From: Lobosporangium transversale
Taxonomy: Eukaryota
DNA length: 64,000 nucleotides
NCBI RefSeq assembly: GCF_002105155.1
Contig: NW_019028992.1
Location: forward strand, 310,001-374,000
Reading direction: 5' to 3'
Under the pieces are notes generated by a model. It was given only the letters and a program-made list of their open reading frames with translations. It was not told where the DNA came from and searched no databases. Below are positions 50,692 through 64,000 of the stretch, piece after piece. Position 1 is the stretch's first letter, and each line of letters starts with the position of its first letter. The translations under genes were made by a program, and so were the position numbers.

Positions 50692-51674
50692 TATAGATCT
50701 AGAAGAGAAGTCAATATATGAGAGAACGAGCGAAAGATGAAGATGGAGCAAAAAGGGAAGATGGGCTCTTATTTATACGATATGACCCAACTCATTTGAA
50801 TCTCTATGCATTCGTATCTATACTACCTCTTCAGGTACAGGAGACATATTTGATCTTTACTTTGAATCGCTTAAGGTGGACCCTCAACCATGTGCATTGC
50901 ACTATGCATTTGTGCAACTCCAAGAACAAAAAAAAAAATTTAATGTCGCATTTCCAACCAAGAAAGGGCCGTTTTTTGTTGCTTGGATGCTATTGTTAAC
51001 CATCTGTACGTTGGTGTCCGGGTGCGGAGTACGTCGTTAGTCGTTGAAGTAAGGAACAAAGAAAAAACAATTTTCAATTCCTACCTGTAGTGTATGTGTA
51101 TTGTACGCGAAGCGAACGGCACAATGGCGCTATTCACTCTATACGCGCATTTCAAATACAATGTGCTCATGGCGCCGTGTCTGCATGGGCCAGCACACTG
51201 GGTGAACTTAAAATACCAGCCAATAATCGTCCATGGAGTAGCAAGTCTACATTCCAGGAGTTAATTTACTTTCTTAAAATTTCTTCCCGTACCAACAATT
51301 AGAACACTCTATTACCGTGCTCTTTTAATGACAATATCAATAACGATAACAACAGTAACAGCAAAAACGGCAATAGTAAAACCGCGAAACAAAAAGCGCG
51401 TACAAACGTGAAAGGATAAAGATAAAGGCGTTTATAAATGGCAACCAGGTAACAGTAGCACCAACAAAAACTTCTCAGTGAGCAAAATAATAAAAAAAAG
51501 CGAGGCCTGAACCATCAATGCGAAATAAAAAGATATGTCTTTTTGTACGCGTGTGAGGCTGTATGAATAGACTAGAGCCAAGTGCCGCTATCTAGCTCTT
51601 TTTTTAAGTAAAAAAAAAAAAAAAGAGTAAAACCGATATTATATTGTCATGAATATGCCTCTCTATTCGTCTCT

Positions 51675-51710
<36 letters not shown>

Positions 51711-54540
51711 CTAGTAGATTGGATTTAAAAAGAGAGAACTCCGTTGTCTTCTGCATACACTTTCGCAGTGAATGGCGAAAATGGGCCGTAGTTTCAGTTT
51801 TTCACTAAAATCACAAACGATTGTCTAAAACATGGGGGGAAAGCTGCGACAAGCGTGGCCGGATTTTAAATCGATTCAAACAAGATAAGATTCTTTCCTG
51901 TCACCCACTTTCATCATTGTTGTTGAATTATTGGGAAGGTGAGAACTGATGAGTGCGATGTACATATTCTTATATAGGCTTGAATACGCCTTGGTGACCA
52001 TCCGACTAGTGCTAGTTTTAACGACAAACAAGTGCAATTGTATGGCTAGAGGATTGAAGTCATTTAAACTTCCAAATCAACACTAGAGAGCTGCAACCAC
52101 AACAGGTCCAGGGAGATTAATCTGACAACAATGCCTCCTTGAATTAGCTCGCTTGAACGAGCTCTCTTTGATAGCCCAAGCAGCCACACATGGACAATCA
52201 TGAGTCTCATGAGTCGAAGAGCATGCGTTCGCTCCGATGCCTGTAGCCCCAATAGACAGGCAGGAACTTTGTCCCGGCTATATGGCAAAATTGGTCTCTT
52301 ATCTATAGCAAAGTCTTCCACACTTCTCTTCTTCGCTTTTAGGAGAGATACTGACTAATTATTAATATATATTTTGGACGTCATATATTAATTTATACGA
52401 CTCTACGAAAATGTACCGAGTTCTTTCGCTGCAGGATTGAAATCAAATCCACTCAAGCAGCCTGGCTTAAACCATCATGCATGATAAGGCTTCGCCATCA
52501 ACTGGACATGTTTGCTCATAGTACCTCCCCTTCATTATTACCACCGCCACCATTCTTGTCTGGATTGTTGGTTGACTCAAGCGAACTAATCCATTGCTGT
52601 CAGGTTAGCCTCTCTACTATACGAGGACCTGTCGTGTTGCAGTTCTAGGAAAAAAGCTAGGCTAAATTGACCAGTATTCTCTAGCTACGGAACTGCGCTG
52701 GCTTGTTGTTGAAATAAACTAGAAAGGTCACCAAAGAGTATATACCCCCTTCTTTTCCCAAATAACAAATAGACAGCTCCATGGATGGCTAAAATAAATA
52801 TACTATATAATACATGTCATTAAAATATATACAATAAGGAACAAATATACGCATAACGTTTAAACTCTTATCATAGTTTTTTTTTGGTCTAGTCGAGTTG
52901 GCGATCACTTGTTCTAATGGTGAAAACTATGGTATGCAACTTTTCCGTCATTTATTGTCTTTATTTGCAAAAGTTGGCAGGAGACAACAGGGCTCTTTTT
53001 TTTTTTCTTGTAGAATCCTATCTTAACAATGGTTTTACACACAGCAATTGCTAAACTAAACTCACTCATAAGGGCAAAAAATGGAAAGAAACGCACTAAT
53101 GCATACTTTTTGATGATAATAATGTAGGTCTTTCTGCCTTTCCGTCTTTATTTTCTTTTATGATAAAAAAATACAGTAACATTTGGTTCCAGTCTATTCA
53201 TATAGGTATCTTACCCAAAAAAGAAAAAAAAATCTGATATACTTTTGGGGGGGTTTTTTTTTAAAAAAAAAAAAATGACGGATCGGGTCATCGGCGCCGA
53301 CTTTTTTTATCTTATTTCTTGGGAAAACTTTGTTGATATTGTTATTTGATTGCCACTTATGGGCGCCTTTCTCTTTTTTCTTTTTTATTCATATTGTTGT
53401 TTGTTATGCGACGTTATTGTTGCTGTTATTGACATCGATGGGGAAGAGGATCCAGCCTATGGCTCACATGTTAAGAAAGTAAAATGACCCCTGGAATGTA
53501 TGTACATGTACAGACTAGTGAGTCTTCCTGGGCCACTTTGTGCATGATTATTGGCTGACATTTAAAGTTCACTCGCGCGTGATCATGAATGGTCCATGCA
53601 GGCACAATGGGTACAAATGACAACACTAAATAAATCAACAAATCGGCACAAATAAATTTTGAAGAACAGCATTTGACATGAGTGTATGCAGGGCTTAGTG
53701 CTGTCCACTTTGTGTACAATATGCAAAAGCCAGCATTCACTGGGGGCGAGCATTCAAAAAAAAAAAAAAAAAAAAAAAAAAAAACAGTAATAATAAAAAA
53801 ATAAAATAAACTTCTCCTTTAGTGTCTCTTTCTTTAATGACTAACAGAATATACTCCATACCAGGTAACATATGTATTTGCTCCGAGCAATATAAAAACA
53901 ACATAGCATGATTATGATCCAAATCACCTTAATAAGAGAGAAAGAAAGAAAAAAAGAAAGAGAAACAAGGATGCTTGGATACCCTGTGTGGGTTGGAATG
54001 AGTCCTGCTTCAGTGACCAATAGATTAAGCTGCTTCCCCTAAAGTTACTGTCCGTTCCCACGTTGCCCTACAGTCTGCTAGATTTTTTGCGCGACCAGAA
54101 AAACGGCATTTTCATTTTCACTTTTATCTTTATTATGTCAATTGCATCAACGTTCAGATGTTTTGCAACAACACTCAGGCGATTTTTTATTGGCTAAGAC
54201 ACATCAATTGCTCACACGCGCTACGGAAACACGATATTGAAAGAAAGTTTACTCTGAATAGTGCAATTTGCATAGACTCCAGTCTAATTCCCAAGGCGCA
54301 CCTTGGGTAATCCAACAAATAGAGACCAAAGATACCTCGTAAATAAACAAAAAAAAAAAAAAAAAAAAAAAAACGTCTTCCGTGCCTGAATGGGAGCAAT
54401 ATGTGCAAATCTATATATACTGGATATCCATTTTCCTTACCCACGCCATGATAAACCAGCCAGGCACCACATATTTTAAAATTAAATTAAAATTGAATTG
54501 TTTGATGGCTATTTGCCATATTGTCATTTAGACGACATCA

Positions 54541-54553
54541 TATAAATAAGAGC
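54541..54553 (+). promoter_or_regulatory. TATA box of aminopeptidase copy 2, conserved in copy 1
   Basis: TATAAATAAGAGC occurs here and on the minus strand at ~50765-50777, upstream of copy 1. Confidence 0.6.
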
Positions 54554-54652
54554 TTGTTTTCCTTATACTTTTTTTTTTTTTTTTTTTTTTGCCTCATCCT
54601 CATCTCCTCTCCATTCGCCCTATCACCTACAGGTTCCTCTTTAAGATCTAAA

Positions 54653-56352
54653 ATGGTCAAGTTTTATTCCCTTGTGGCACTTTCGCTGGTTGCTGTTGCC
54701 TTCGCAGCCCCTGCAGTTCCAATCGAAAGCTCGGAACCTCTGCGTCTCATCCGCACTAGCGACGACAAAGACCCCATCTGGACTACTGAGAAGGAAAGAT
54801 TCGATCTTATCCAGAAGGATATTGGCTTCATCGACATTACTGACCACCAGCAAGTCGAAAATGTTAGAGCCTTCGCTGCTCCACCCAAGAAGCGTACGTT
54901 ACATCATTGAATGCAAGCATTATGACAAGAATATTAATGATGATGATGATGATGATGATGATAATAACAACTACTCTGACTTTTTTTTCTGCTGTTATAG
55001 CTCTTCCAACGACTGTCTCCCAGCAATCAAAGTTCACTCAATATGTAGGCCAAATCTCCACTAGCAACATGCAAACTGCTTTGACCGCATTTACCAAGTT
55101 CAACAACCGCTACTACAAAGCGCAGAGCGGCCTTGACTCCGCCAGATGGCTCCATAAGCAGGTCAGTGATATCATTGCCACTGCTGGTGGAAGATCCAAC
55201 GTCAGCGTCCGTCAGGTCTCGCATAGCTTCATCCAGTTCTCTATCGTTGGTAAGGATATTGAAAAGGAACTATTTCTCTTTGTATAAGGATCTTTGTAGG
55301 GTCGTGTATATCAACACTTTTTTTTTCTATTTCTTAAATGCTATTACAATAGCCCGATTTGAGGGTACAAATACTGCTTTGAAGAACGCCCCCATTGTTG
55401 TTGGTGCTCATCAAGATTCAATCAATTCTCGCAACCCTACTACTGGCCGCGCCCCCGGTGCTGATGACGATGGTTCCGGCAGCATTGGTATCCTTGAGGT
55501 CTTCCGTGCTCTTGTCAGCGTAGGTTTCCAGCCTGCCCGCCCCGTCGAGTTCCACTGGTATGCAGGTGAGGAGGCTGGTCTATTGGGCTCCCAGGACATT
55601 GCTAAGGATTATAGCAACAGAGCCGTCGAGATGCTTGCCATGTTCCAGGTAAGAAAAAAAATAAAATCAATATCTAATGAAATATATGACGGATCAATGA
55701 GACGTCCTGAAGGCATTTTCGTAATAATAACACCCCTTTTTCTTTGTCTTTCCATCATAATAGAATGATATGACCGCATATGTTGGTACCAAATACCCTG
55801 AGCACTTTGCTATTATTACCGATTACGTTGATCCTGAATTGACTGCTCTTATCAGAGTATGTTTTGTTTTTTTATCTGCTTCGCCTGTTTCCTGTGCATC
55901 AGCCATATTTTTGTCCTACCACAGTAGCCCCATTGCGGAGCAAATGACTGACCTTCTCTTTCAACTCCATGCTCGTCCGTTAGCTGTATGCCAAGACTTA
56001 TACCAACATCGGTGTCCGTGACTCCAGTTGCGGTTATGGATGTAGGTTTCAATATGAGCAAAAAGCATTAGCACAACCTTGCTAATAACAAAAGATAATG
56101 CTGTCATTTTCATAACACTTTATTTTTCTTCCTTTCATCTTTCCGTAACGATAAAAACCTCTATTAGGCTCTGACCATGCCTCTTGGTACAGATATGGCT
56201 ACCGCTCCTCGTTTGCGATCGAGGCTGTCGATACTAACCCTTACATCCACACTGCCAATGACGATCTTTCATTGGTTAATTACGAGCACATGAAGCAATT
56301 CGCCAAGCTGGCTCTTGGTTTCGTTATCGAGTTGGGTAACTTTAGCGGATAA
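54653..56352 (+). CDS. Secreted leucine aminopeptidase (peptidase M28), copy 2; spliced
   Basis: Same exon structure as copy 1: GAHQDS, PGADDDGSG, AGEEAGLLGS, NDMT, CSDHASW and NPYIHT. Confidence 0.95.
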
Positions 56353-57706
56353 AGCCTCTCAATCTCCTTCCTCTTGTCATGGCTTTAGGGTAGCGGCATA
56401 AACAGGAAAGGAAAAGAAAAGAAAAAAGATCCTTCTATTTATTGCGCTGGACGCTTGTTTTACCCATTCCCTTGTATATCCTCTTTAATAAAGAACCTTA
56501 TCAAAGCGTTTGAACAACACCTCAGCCCTACTGTCAGCTACCTTTCCTCAAAGATGTTGGATATCTCACGTACCTTTGTAGATGTGTATAATATTTGAAG
56601 GCTTGATCATATTTCTACGGGCTTCATGTTAAAATAAGAGACATTCCCAGCCCTGGGACGACAGCCACACCCTATGATGTGTTTAACTGTTATAATATAT
56701 TTAAGGATCCAAGCTTTTTTTTTTTTTTTTCTTTTATTAAACATGACGCTCGGAAAGTCATCTTTACGGATAGGGCCCTTGAAAGCTTTGCATGAAAACT
56801 GGTATCATTTTAAGAGCTAGACGCCACAACAGCCCAAAGATAGAGTAAAAGAGATGATCCGCGTCATATTTCATCATGCAGCTCAATAAGCAATGAGGAT
56901 TACTGGGTCTCTACATATATATATATTTTTGACAACTATCGATGAATAAACATCCCGACTAATCCCTATTGAGAAGTACGTAGCTTTATTCATTCTATAT
57001 CGCTTCGCTTTTATGCAAGGAACAAAAAAAAAAAGGTGTCAAAACGTGGCTGATGCGCCCAAAGAAAGTAAAGGAACAAAAGCCCAACAGTTGGATCTTC
57101 CATCTTCCCCCCTTTCTCCAATCGAATGCCAAGCAAATGAGGAGAAACATTAGCAGTAAAAAGTAAGTGTATTTTTATAGTCTAAAATTTAGTGATGGAA
57201 AAAGACGCGTTATTAATACCATTACCTGTGCATCACAAAATAATGCGCGAGCTTAGTTTATTTGCATATGCTTATAAATATCCTGCTTTGCATACATGTT
57301 ATATTTTTACAACATGTCCGTGACCAAATGACGACTACACAATAATCTACAAAAACGTTTAATGATGCAAACAATGGTGCAGTAGCACAGACCATTAACA
57401 TCATATCACGCCAACACTATAGCCACAATAGCGCCAACAAAATGTCTTTGTTTCTTTTTCTACTGTACCATTGGCCATGAAATGAAAGCACTGCCTCTTC
57501 CTTCATTCATAGGTAATCCTAGTCCTTTTGAACAAACAGTTAGAGAGTAGGGACCATAATATGGAAAAATGAAAAACAAGGCAAGAATAAAAGATATAAA
57601 TACGAGAGATTTCATCCTTCATTTTTTTCTTCATCCTCTCCATTCAATCTTGTCTTTTTTATTCTGCTCCATCTTCTACGCTACTCAACGGATTATATTC
57701 ACAGCC

Positions 57707-58334
57707 ATGAAGTTCACTACGCTCATTCCTGCTATTGCTGTAGCCGCCAGTGTCCTCTCTTCCTCTGCCTCTGCTGCCCCCCCACAGTACACTCTTTGTA
57801 GCTCTACCAACAGCTCTCTGAATATCACGGAAGTGACCTATGAGCCTGATTCTCCCGTACCAGGTGAAGAATTCTGTGCTACCGTCAAAGGCAATCTCAC
57901 ACGCCCTATCAACAATGGGTCTACTCTGTTAGTCAATGGAACGTTTCGTAAGTCCTTTTTTTATAATTTATATTTTTAATTTTTTGCATGCTTCGCGTGT
58001 ATTACTACATAATACTAATAAATACTCGTTTTTTGGTGTAGTCGGCATTGAGTTTTCCAATGCTAATTCTCCAATGGATCTTTGTCAGGGCCTCTCGTAT
58101 TTCAATATTACTTGCCCGGTCCCAGCACAAGAGTTTTCTACGGAAGAATGTAAAGACATTCCATCGGATTGGAGGCCCAGCAACATCACACTCGGCACAA
58201 TCAAAATGCATGCCAAGAACGCTGATGGCACCGATATCATCTGCATCGAGGCTCCTATCCAGCACCCTGGACATATGGATGATAGCATGAAAAATGCCCA
58301 GTTAAACTTAAACAGCTTGAGATTTTTGTTCTAA
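57707..58334 (+). CDS. ML-domain (NPC2/PG-PI transfer-like) secreted lipid-binding protein, copy 1; one intron
   Basis: Signal peptide, YTLC, EPDSPVPGEEFC, MDLCQ...TCPV and DGTDIICIE. Confidence 0.88.
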
Positions 58335-59931
58335 GAATTAGAAAGACTATTATAAAAAAAATAAAAATAAAAAAAAAGCCACAGGCGCGATTTGACTAGG
58401 AATAAAAAAAAAGGTGATATTTTCCATTTACCTGGTCCGTTTTTTTGATGTAAAAAAACAAACATCTGGTTATACCGGCCTTGAATGTGTCTTGTGTTAT
58501 GTAAATATGACTAAAGTAGAATGATCTTCCAGACTTTAAGTCTTCAGGCTTCATCAATCTTTACTGCCCTTACTATAACAGCAGCAATATAAGAGTAATA
58601 TCCTATCGATGGAGATCATGAGCATGTCAATACTTTATGATGATATAACGTTCAGCTAGAGATATGGCTCTCCATGTTCTTTTGAAGGGTGCTTTTACCA
58701 TGTGAAACCTCTTTTGAAGAGAGGAAGCTGACATGGTCAATGTACGGAAATTTAATAGGGACTTCATGTCGATGTTGATCGCGTACATAATAATTGGTGA
58801 GACTACCTTGTCTAGCCTCAGCATCTGTCTTTTGGATGTTGGATTGATCTAGAAGTCCTGCATCCCTATTTAAATAAATGTCTTCATTTATTTAATAGTA
58901 GGTCATTGTTGTTATTTTCTTCCTATCATAACAAAACAACATGATCGCTTTAATGCGGAATAAATTAATGCATCATGTCGTTCCTTTCGTAGGTTCTAGT
59001 CACTATTGAGCAAAATCTCGATGCAAGTTTGCTAGAAAGCAAGATATTGTCATTATTATACATATACAAATATTTTTAGTAATGATAAAGCCTCCTTCAT
59101 TGGGTTCTCGCAATGTCTCTTGGCCATCACTCCTCAATACTAACTCTTTTATCTATAACAACCACATAAAACAGCTCTCACACGTTCACTCTAAAAAAAA
59201 AAAAAAAAAAAAAAGACTGCTGTCGTCCTTTCACAACTATGCAAGAGAATCAACAGTTGGCTCGAAATATATTCCATGGAATGAGGAATGCAAATGAGAT
59301 CGAAGATGGGCATGACATGGCGTCAAAATGAAGGCTATTTTGATTTGCCTGAATAAACAGAGTCCACCTAAACGTAGTCTACGCGTAACTCAAGGCTGTG
59401 GATGGTCACGCCAAGACAAACTGCGCATGTGCTTAGTCTAGTTTCTGCATGTTCCCATACTCCTATAATATAGTGTTGGCTGTGGAGAGAGCGGGGGAGA
59501 CCCTGAATACGTTGTATTGTCTGAGACATTGACAGAGTACAAAACCCAAACAAACAGAATTCCTGTTCATTCTGCCCGTGATGTAAATAAACCATTTGGA
59601 CCCTGATGTGCAAAAGCAAATATGACGATGATGTTTGATGGTGCAAACAGGCTCAGCCAACAATAAGCAGAACCTCGTTAGTATGGATCCACTGGGCATA
59701 TAAAAATAACCTCATGAAATCGAGGACTGTCGTTGCTGCTGCTGAACTGCTTGTACTTTTGGGTAAATGGCAAAATGGAAGAAGCACGACAACAAAGAGT
59801 ATACAAGAGTATATAAAAGTCAGGAATCCATCACCCCTCTTTGTCCTATTTCCTAAAACTCCATATCCTTTTTGCCTCGCTACTTTCCCACACATATCTT
59901 ACCTTTATTTCCCGACAGTATATTTACAATC

Positions 59932-60497
59932 ATGAAATCCTTCATCACACTCATTTCTACTGTTGCTGCTGCGTCCATTACCGTTGCAGCTCCGATTACT
60001 ACTGCGACAGATTTCACTTACTGTGCTGACAACAGCACTTTGAAACTCTCAGGATTGACTTTCCAGCCTGATCCCATTGTACCAGGCCAGAAAGTATGTG
60101 TCACTGTCGATGCTACTCTCTCACAGCCTATCACCAAAGGATCTACTATCGAGGTCGCTGCATCTATCTGTAAGTTTTATATATATCTTAAGCTCTATGC
60201 TAGATTATACATGCCATGCCTAGCTAGACAGACAAATGCTCAGTGTTTTAACAGAATTTTTTTTTTGTCGTCGTCTTAGTTGGAATCCAAGCATACAGTT
60301 TTACAATGGATCTGTGCAAGGCTCTATCTAATGTCAACGTTGCCTGTCCGATTGCACAGGGCAGCTCCACTGTGAATAAGTGCATAACCGTGCCCAAATG
60401 GATCCCTTCTTTCACGATCGACATAAAAGCACATGCCAAAAATCCAGATGGCACAGACATTATTTGTATCAAGGCGCCCATCAAATTTAGATCATAA
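59932..60497 (+). CDS. ML-domain secreted lipid-binding protein, copy 2; one intron
   Basis: Signal peptide, FTYC, QPDPIVPGQKVC, MDLCK...ACPI and DGTDIICIKAPI. Intron position matches copy 1. Confidence 0.9.
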
Positions 60498-60558
60498 TTC
60501 ATCAGAATAAATAAAGCCCTTTAATGTGATATATACTATACATTTATTTCGTTCTTCC

Positions 60559-60880
60559 TTAGTATCGTGCACTAGCCCCTGTTGTAGTTGCTGATGGGGG
60601 AAATGCTTCACCCTCAGACTCTTCAAAGTCATGACGATGGTTTGAGCTATTGGATGATATAGTTTTAGCGAGCCTATGATTGTTGTCCCAAGCAACAAAG
60701 GTATGATCACCCAATCGTCTGGGCTTGTACAGGTGACGAGCTACAAATAAAAACCCGAGAACGACGCAGAGTACACCTACAACCACATAGGCGATCCCCA
60801 AAAACGGATTACGACCGCCCATGAATGACACTGTGGAAATGACGATCGATTTTGTGCCAGTAAACGATGTCACATTGTAA

Positions 60881-60913
<33 letters not shown>

Positions 60914-62408
60914 AAAATGTTACATGCGTCAGGTTTGACCCTGCTTGGGAAAACAAACAAAAAAAAAAAAAAGGACTTACTCATGTCAATGTCAATCGTA
61001 TATGTGCCAACGGGGAGATCGTCTTGTTCATTCTTGGCGTAAATCTTTCGAAAATTGGGCAATCCAGAGGTTCGCATCCATACCTGGAAATGCTCATCCT
61101 CCGCCACATTAATCGGGGGAGAAGCTTCAGAATACCCATTTGGATAGTTTCTCCAGTTGGGTGGTGGTCGAATCTCGGATAGTTCATAAGAATATTTTGC
61201 ATATTTCGATGCATCACCATCCCAAGCAATCCCTTTATCAATTAGCAGATATGTCTTATTGTCGTTTGTTGTTGCGTCGAATGGCTTGAAAGCAAGACCG
61301 AAACTATCTATTAAAAAAAGGAGGAAGGTCTTAAAATTAAAAAGGTCCCCTTATCTGTTCCTTCATTAGGTCCAGTGATCCTCATGACTTAACTATCACT
61401 AGTCATGACACTTACCATTGAACATTGAGTTAGCCATGAGTCCACAAGGATAAATGGGGTAGGTCACATTGTTCTCTTCAACAACAGCGAGTCGATCGCA
61501 ACCACCGGCCTTTAGCTCTTCTACAGATCGTCTCTCGCCTGCAAGTTGCCTCATGTCCATGCTCTTAATCCATTGGCGGTGGTTCTGATGGAAATTCGTG
61601 AGGCGATAAAAGACAAAAACGGGCCGCTTCATTTTTACTGGTATATGAAACTTAACCGTGCATCGCATCGTTGGCCAGGTCACATTGTTACCAGAGCCCA
61701 CTGCTTGGATGGACCTGTACTCGGGTGATGGTGTTGATGCGTCATCACCTGCAGAACCCGGGAAATTGCTCGTAAAGGATTCCGTGGGAACAGGGACAAA
61801 TTCTAGTCCAGCCTTGTCACATTCCGTGTAATCAACTATGAGCTCGGCAACCTGAAAACAGTTAGATGCAAAGGTATGATTGCTTGTTTTTTTTTTTTTT
61901 TTTTCTTTGTCAGATAGCATTACCACTGACGATAGAATGATCGCTTTTTCTTGTCTAAATAGGAAACAAAAGACAAGGAGCTTTTTTTTTTCTCCAATGC
62001 CACAATCCAGCTCGGGCCTTTTGATGGTCTGTAGAAGTGTGCTGCTTTTCATCTAGTCACTTAATCGTGGCCATAGAGGTCATAAACCCCTTGTCCTATT
62101 TCCTATTACTCCTGCGCACTTACAGTGTCACTGGCCCAGAGAAGAAGACCGCCAATGGGCGCAAAAAGGATGCCAACGATGAGAAACACAGGCAGAACTG
62201 TCTTTGGTGTCAGATTAGGCTGACAAGCTCTGAGTCGTTGCTGTTTGAATGCCGAGTCTAATCATCTCAACAATTCCAATTGCTTGAGCATCAGTAATTT
62301 ACCTTCGGCGTCAATACACCAATACCCCAAATTTTTATTTTAAAACGCCACTAATTAATTATAAACGTGCTTACCAACTGGCCTTCTGCTTTTTTTCTCT
62401 GTAGTCAT
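60559..62408 (-). CDS. CDC50/LEM3 family P4-ATPase (flippase) beta subunit; spliced
   Basis: SAFKQQRLRACQP.LTPK, YRLTNFHQNHR, YPCGLMANSMFND, EHFQVWMRTSGLPNFRK, GGRNPFLGIAY and KPRRLGDH. Confidence 0.95.
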
Positions 62409-64000
62409 TGATTGGGTTTTTTTTCTTCGACTTTTTATTTTATTTTTACTTTTTTTGTGGACTTTGAAAGAGAAATGATAATAAAAATAAAAAAAAAAAT
62501 AAAAATAAAAATCAATGCTGGATGGTGTGTCAGGGGCTACGGCGATTTGCTCTTTGGAGACACAGCCTGCTGTTGGGCTATGAGAGTCACCTGAATCAAC
62601 ATGGACGCACGCGACGCAGCCAGAGTAAAGAAAGACTTGGAATGGGAGAAATGTCCGAATAAACAAAGATCAGAGTTTCATTCTAAGGAAGAAAGCTCTT
62701 AATTCATGAAACTAATCGGACAGAGAGTTAAGCTACTTTGGTTCGAATAAATCTTTACGAATTGAATGAATCAGCTCGTGGTGTGACAATTGACCCGTCA
62801 CCTTTGTTTCCAGATTATGACATTGGATCCCAGATGTATCCCTTTCAATGCTCTATGAAAATGACATATATAACATTGATGGCTCTGTCTCATAGATATG
62901 CCCACTATCTAAGATATAAACGATTTTCAAGCACTGATAAACTCCTCTATTAAAATGCCCTTTCCTCCTCCGCCACTCCCCCTCTCCTTCTTTCCTTTGT
63001 TGTCCAAGACTTGTCTGCCATGATAAACAAGTTTTGTACTATTTGAGATAGAGTGCAAGACAAGAGTCGATAATATGTAATTAGTACAAACGAGAGCACA
63101 TTCATTGTCCACGATATTTTAATTATTTAAAATTATACTGCAGATCCAATGGAGAATCGAGAAAGATCAAGAAGAAACCATACAATGAAAAGGATAGGCT
63201 GCCGCCAAATTAAACCACACTAATAGAGGAATACCTCGCGTCGCAAGCAGAGAATGCTTTAATCTCCTTTTATTGACCACACGTCATGCCCTGAAGAAGC
63301 AAGGGAGGAGACAAACTTAGGATGCACACTGTTTACCTCAAAACTTTTAGGTCATCATGATCCAATATGTGGAGGGGCTACAACTGCCCAAAGCTCTGTT
63401 CTTAATCAAGTGCCATTCGCTGTCATATTTTTCCCCAGAGCGGATTTAAAAAAAATCTATCAGACCAAAAACAATGGGAACCTGCACGAGAAACCCTCTT
63501 CTCCCCCTGGTTTTTTTTTTTTTTCTTGAATGATGAACGCAATCTTTAAACAATTGTCCACATTTTTCAGGTGAAAAAAAAAAAAAAAAAAAAAAAAGGG
63601 TAATCAACGCATGTGGGATAGAGAAATTGTTGACAAAAGATAAAAAAACCAGAAGAATGTATATATACTGTACTTTTCGGCTTAGCTCAGTTCAGCCATT
63701 TGAAATTTTGTTTGGTTATTTTTTCTTTTCTAGACTCTCCTTCCCAGATATAAAGTAAAATATATAAAATAAGATGAGGGATTCGATTAAATAAAACCCC
63801 TGGTCCTGTCCGTAACTCGTTCGTACCGCCTGAATGTTTGGACACAAATACTCAAAAGCCGTAAATAGAACAGATTTGTTTGTTCGGTACACACTTGTGA
63901 GACCTTGTCTTTTTTAAACGGAGTTGAGTATTTTCGGTTTTAGCCATTGAAGCATGCGCAGTACATTGTCTTTCCAAGATCGAAGGAGACAGGTTATTAT

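Noticed and set aside
58600..58860. Short minus-strand coding-like stretch between the ML genes
   Set aside because: No identifiable domain, start or splice structure.
1..64000. Many short ORFs rich in poly-Phe/poly-Lys/poly-Asn, and the search for tRNA, rRNA and CRISPR arrays
   Set aside because: These ORFs are translations of homopolymer tracts, microsatellites, introns or antisense shadows. No tRNA cloverleaf, rRNA or repeat-spacer array was recognised.

Overview
Intron-rich eukaryotic (fungal) genomic DNA with very frequent long poly(A)/poly(T) tracts. Gene content and intron style suggest an early-diverging fungus, probably Mucoromycota/Mortierellaceae (inference). The first ~4.5 kb is mobile-element debris: a truncated non-LTR retrotransposon RT, short poly(A)-tailed insertions with a target-site duplication, a MITE, and ~400-bp inverted repeats around a nuclease-like pseudogene. 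About 18 spliced genes follow: a single-pass membrane protein, a 4E-T/Eap1-like eIF4E-binding protein head-to-head with eIF4E, UBC8, RPS4, Zds1-like, ATP18, eIF3k, a VOC/glyoxalase, an apparently catalytically dead PC-esterase/TBL protein, glucosidase II beta, a disorder-fused NAD(P)-binding reductase, TMEM41/Tvp38, an inverted pair of M28 leucine aminopeptidases, two tandem ML-domain genes and CDC50/LEM3. A TLC-domain pseudogene and two fused Ty3/Gypsy remnants lie at 27.7-32.3 kb. The most notable observation is the divergent eIF4E / eIF4E-binding protein gene pair sharing a ~1.07-kb intergenic region. I found no tRNA, rRNA or CRISPR features. Exon models were built by eye from GT-AG sites and frame checks.
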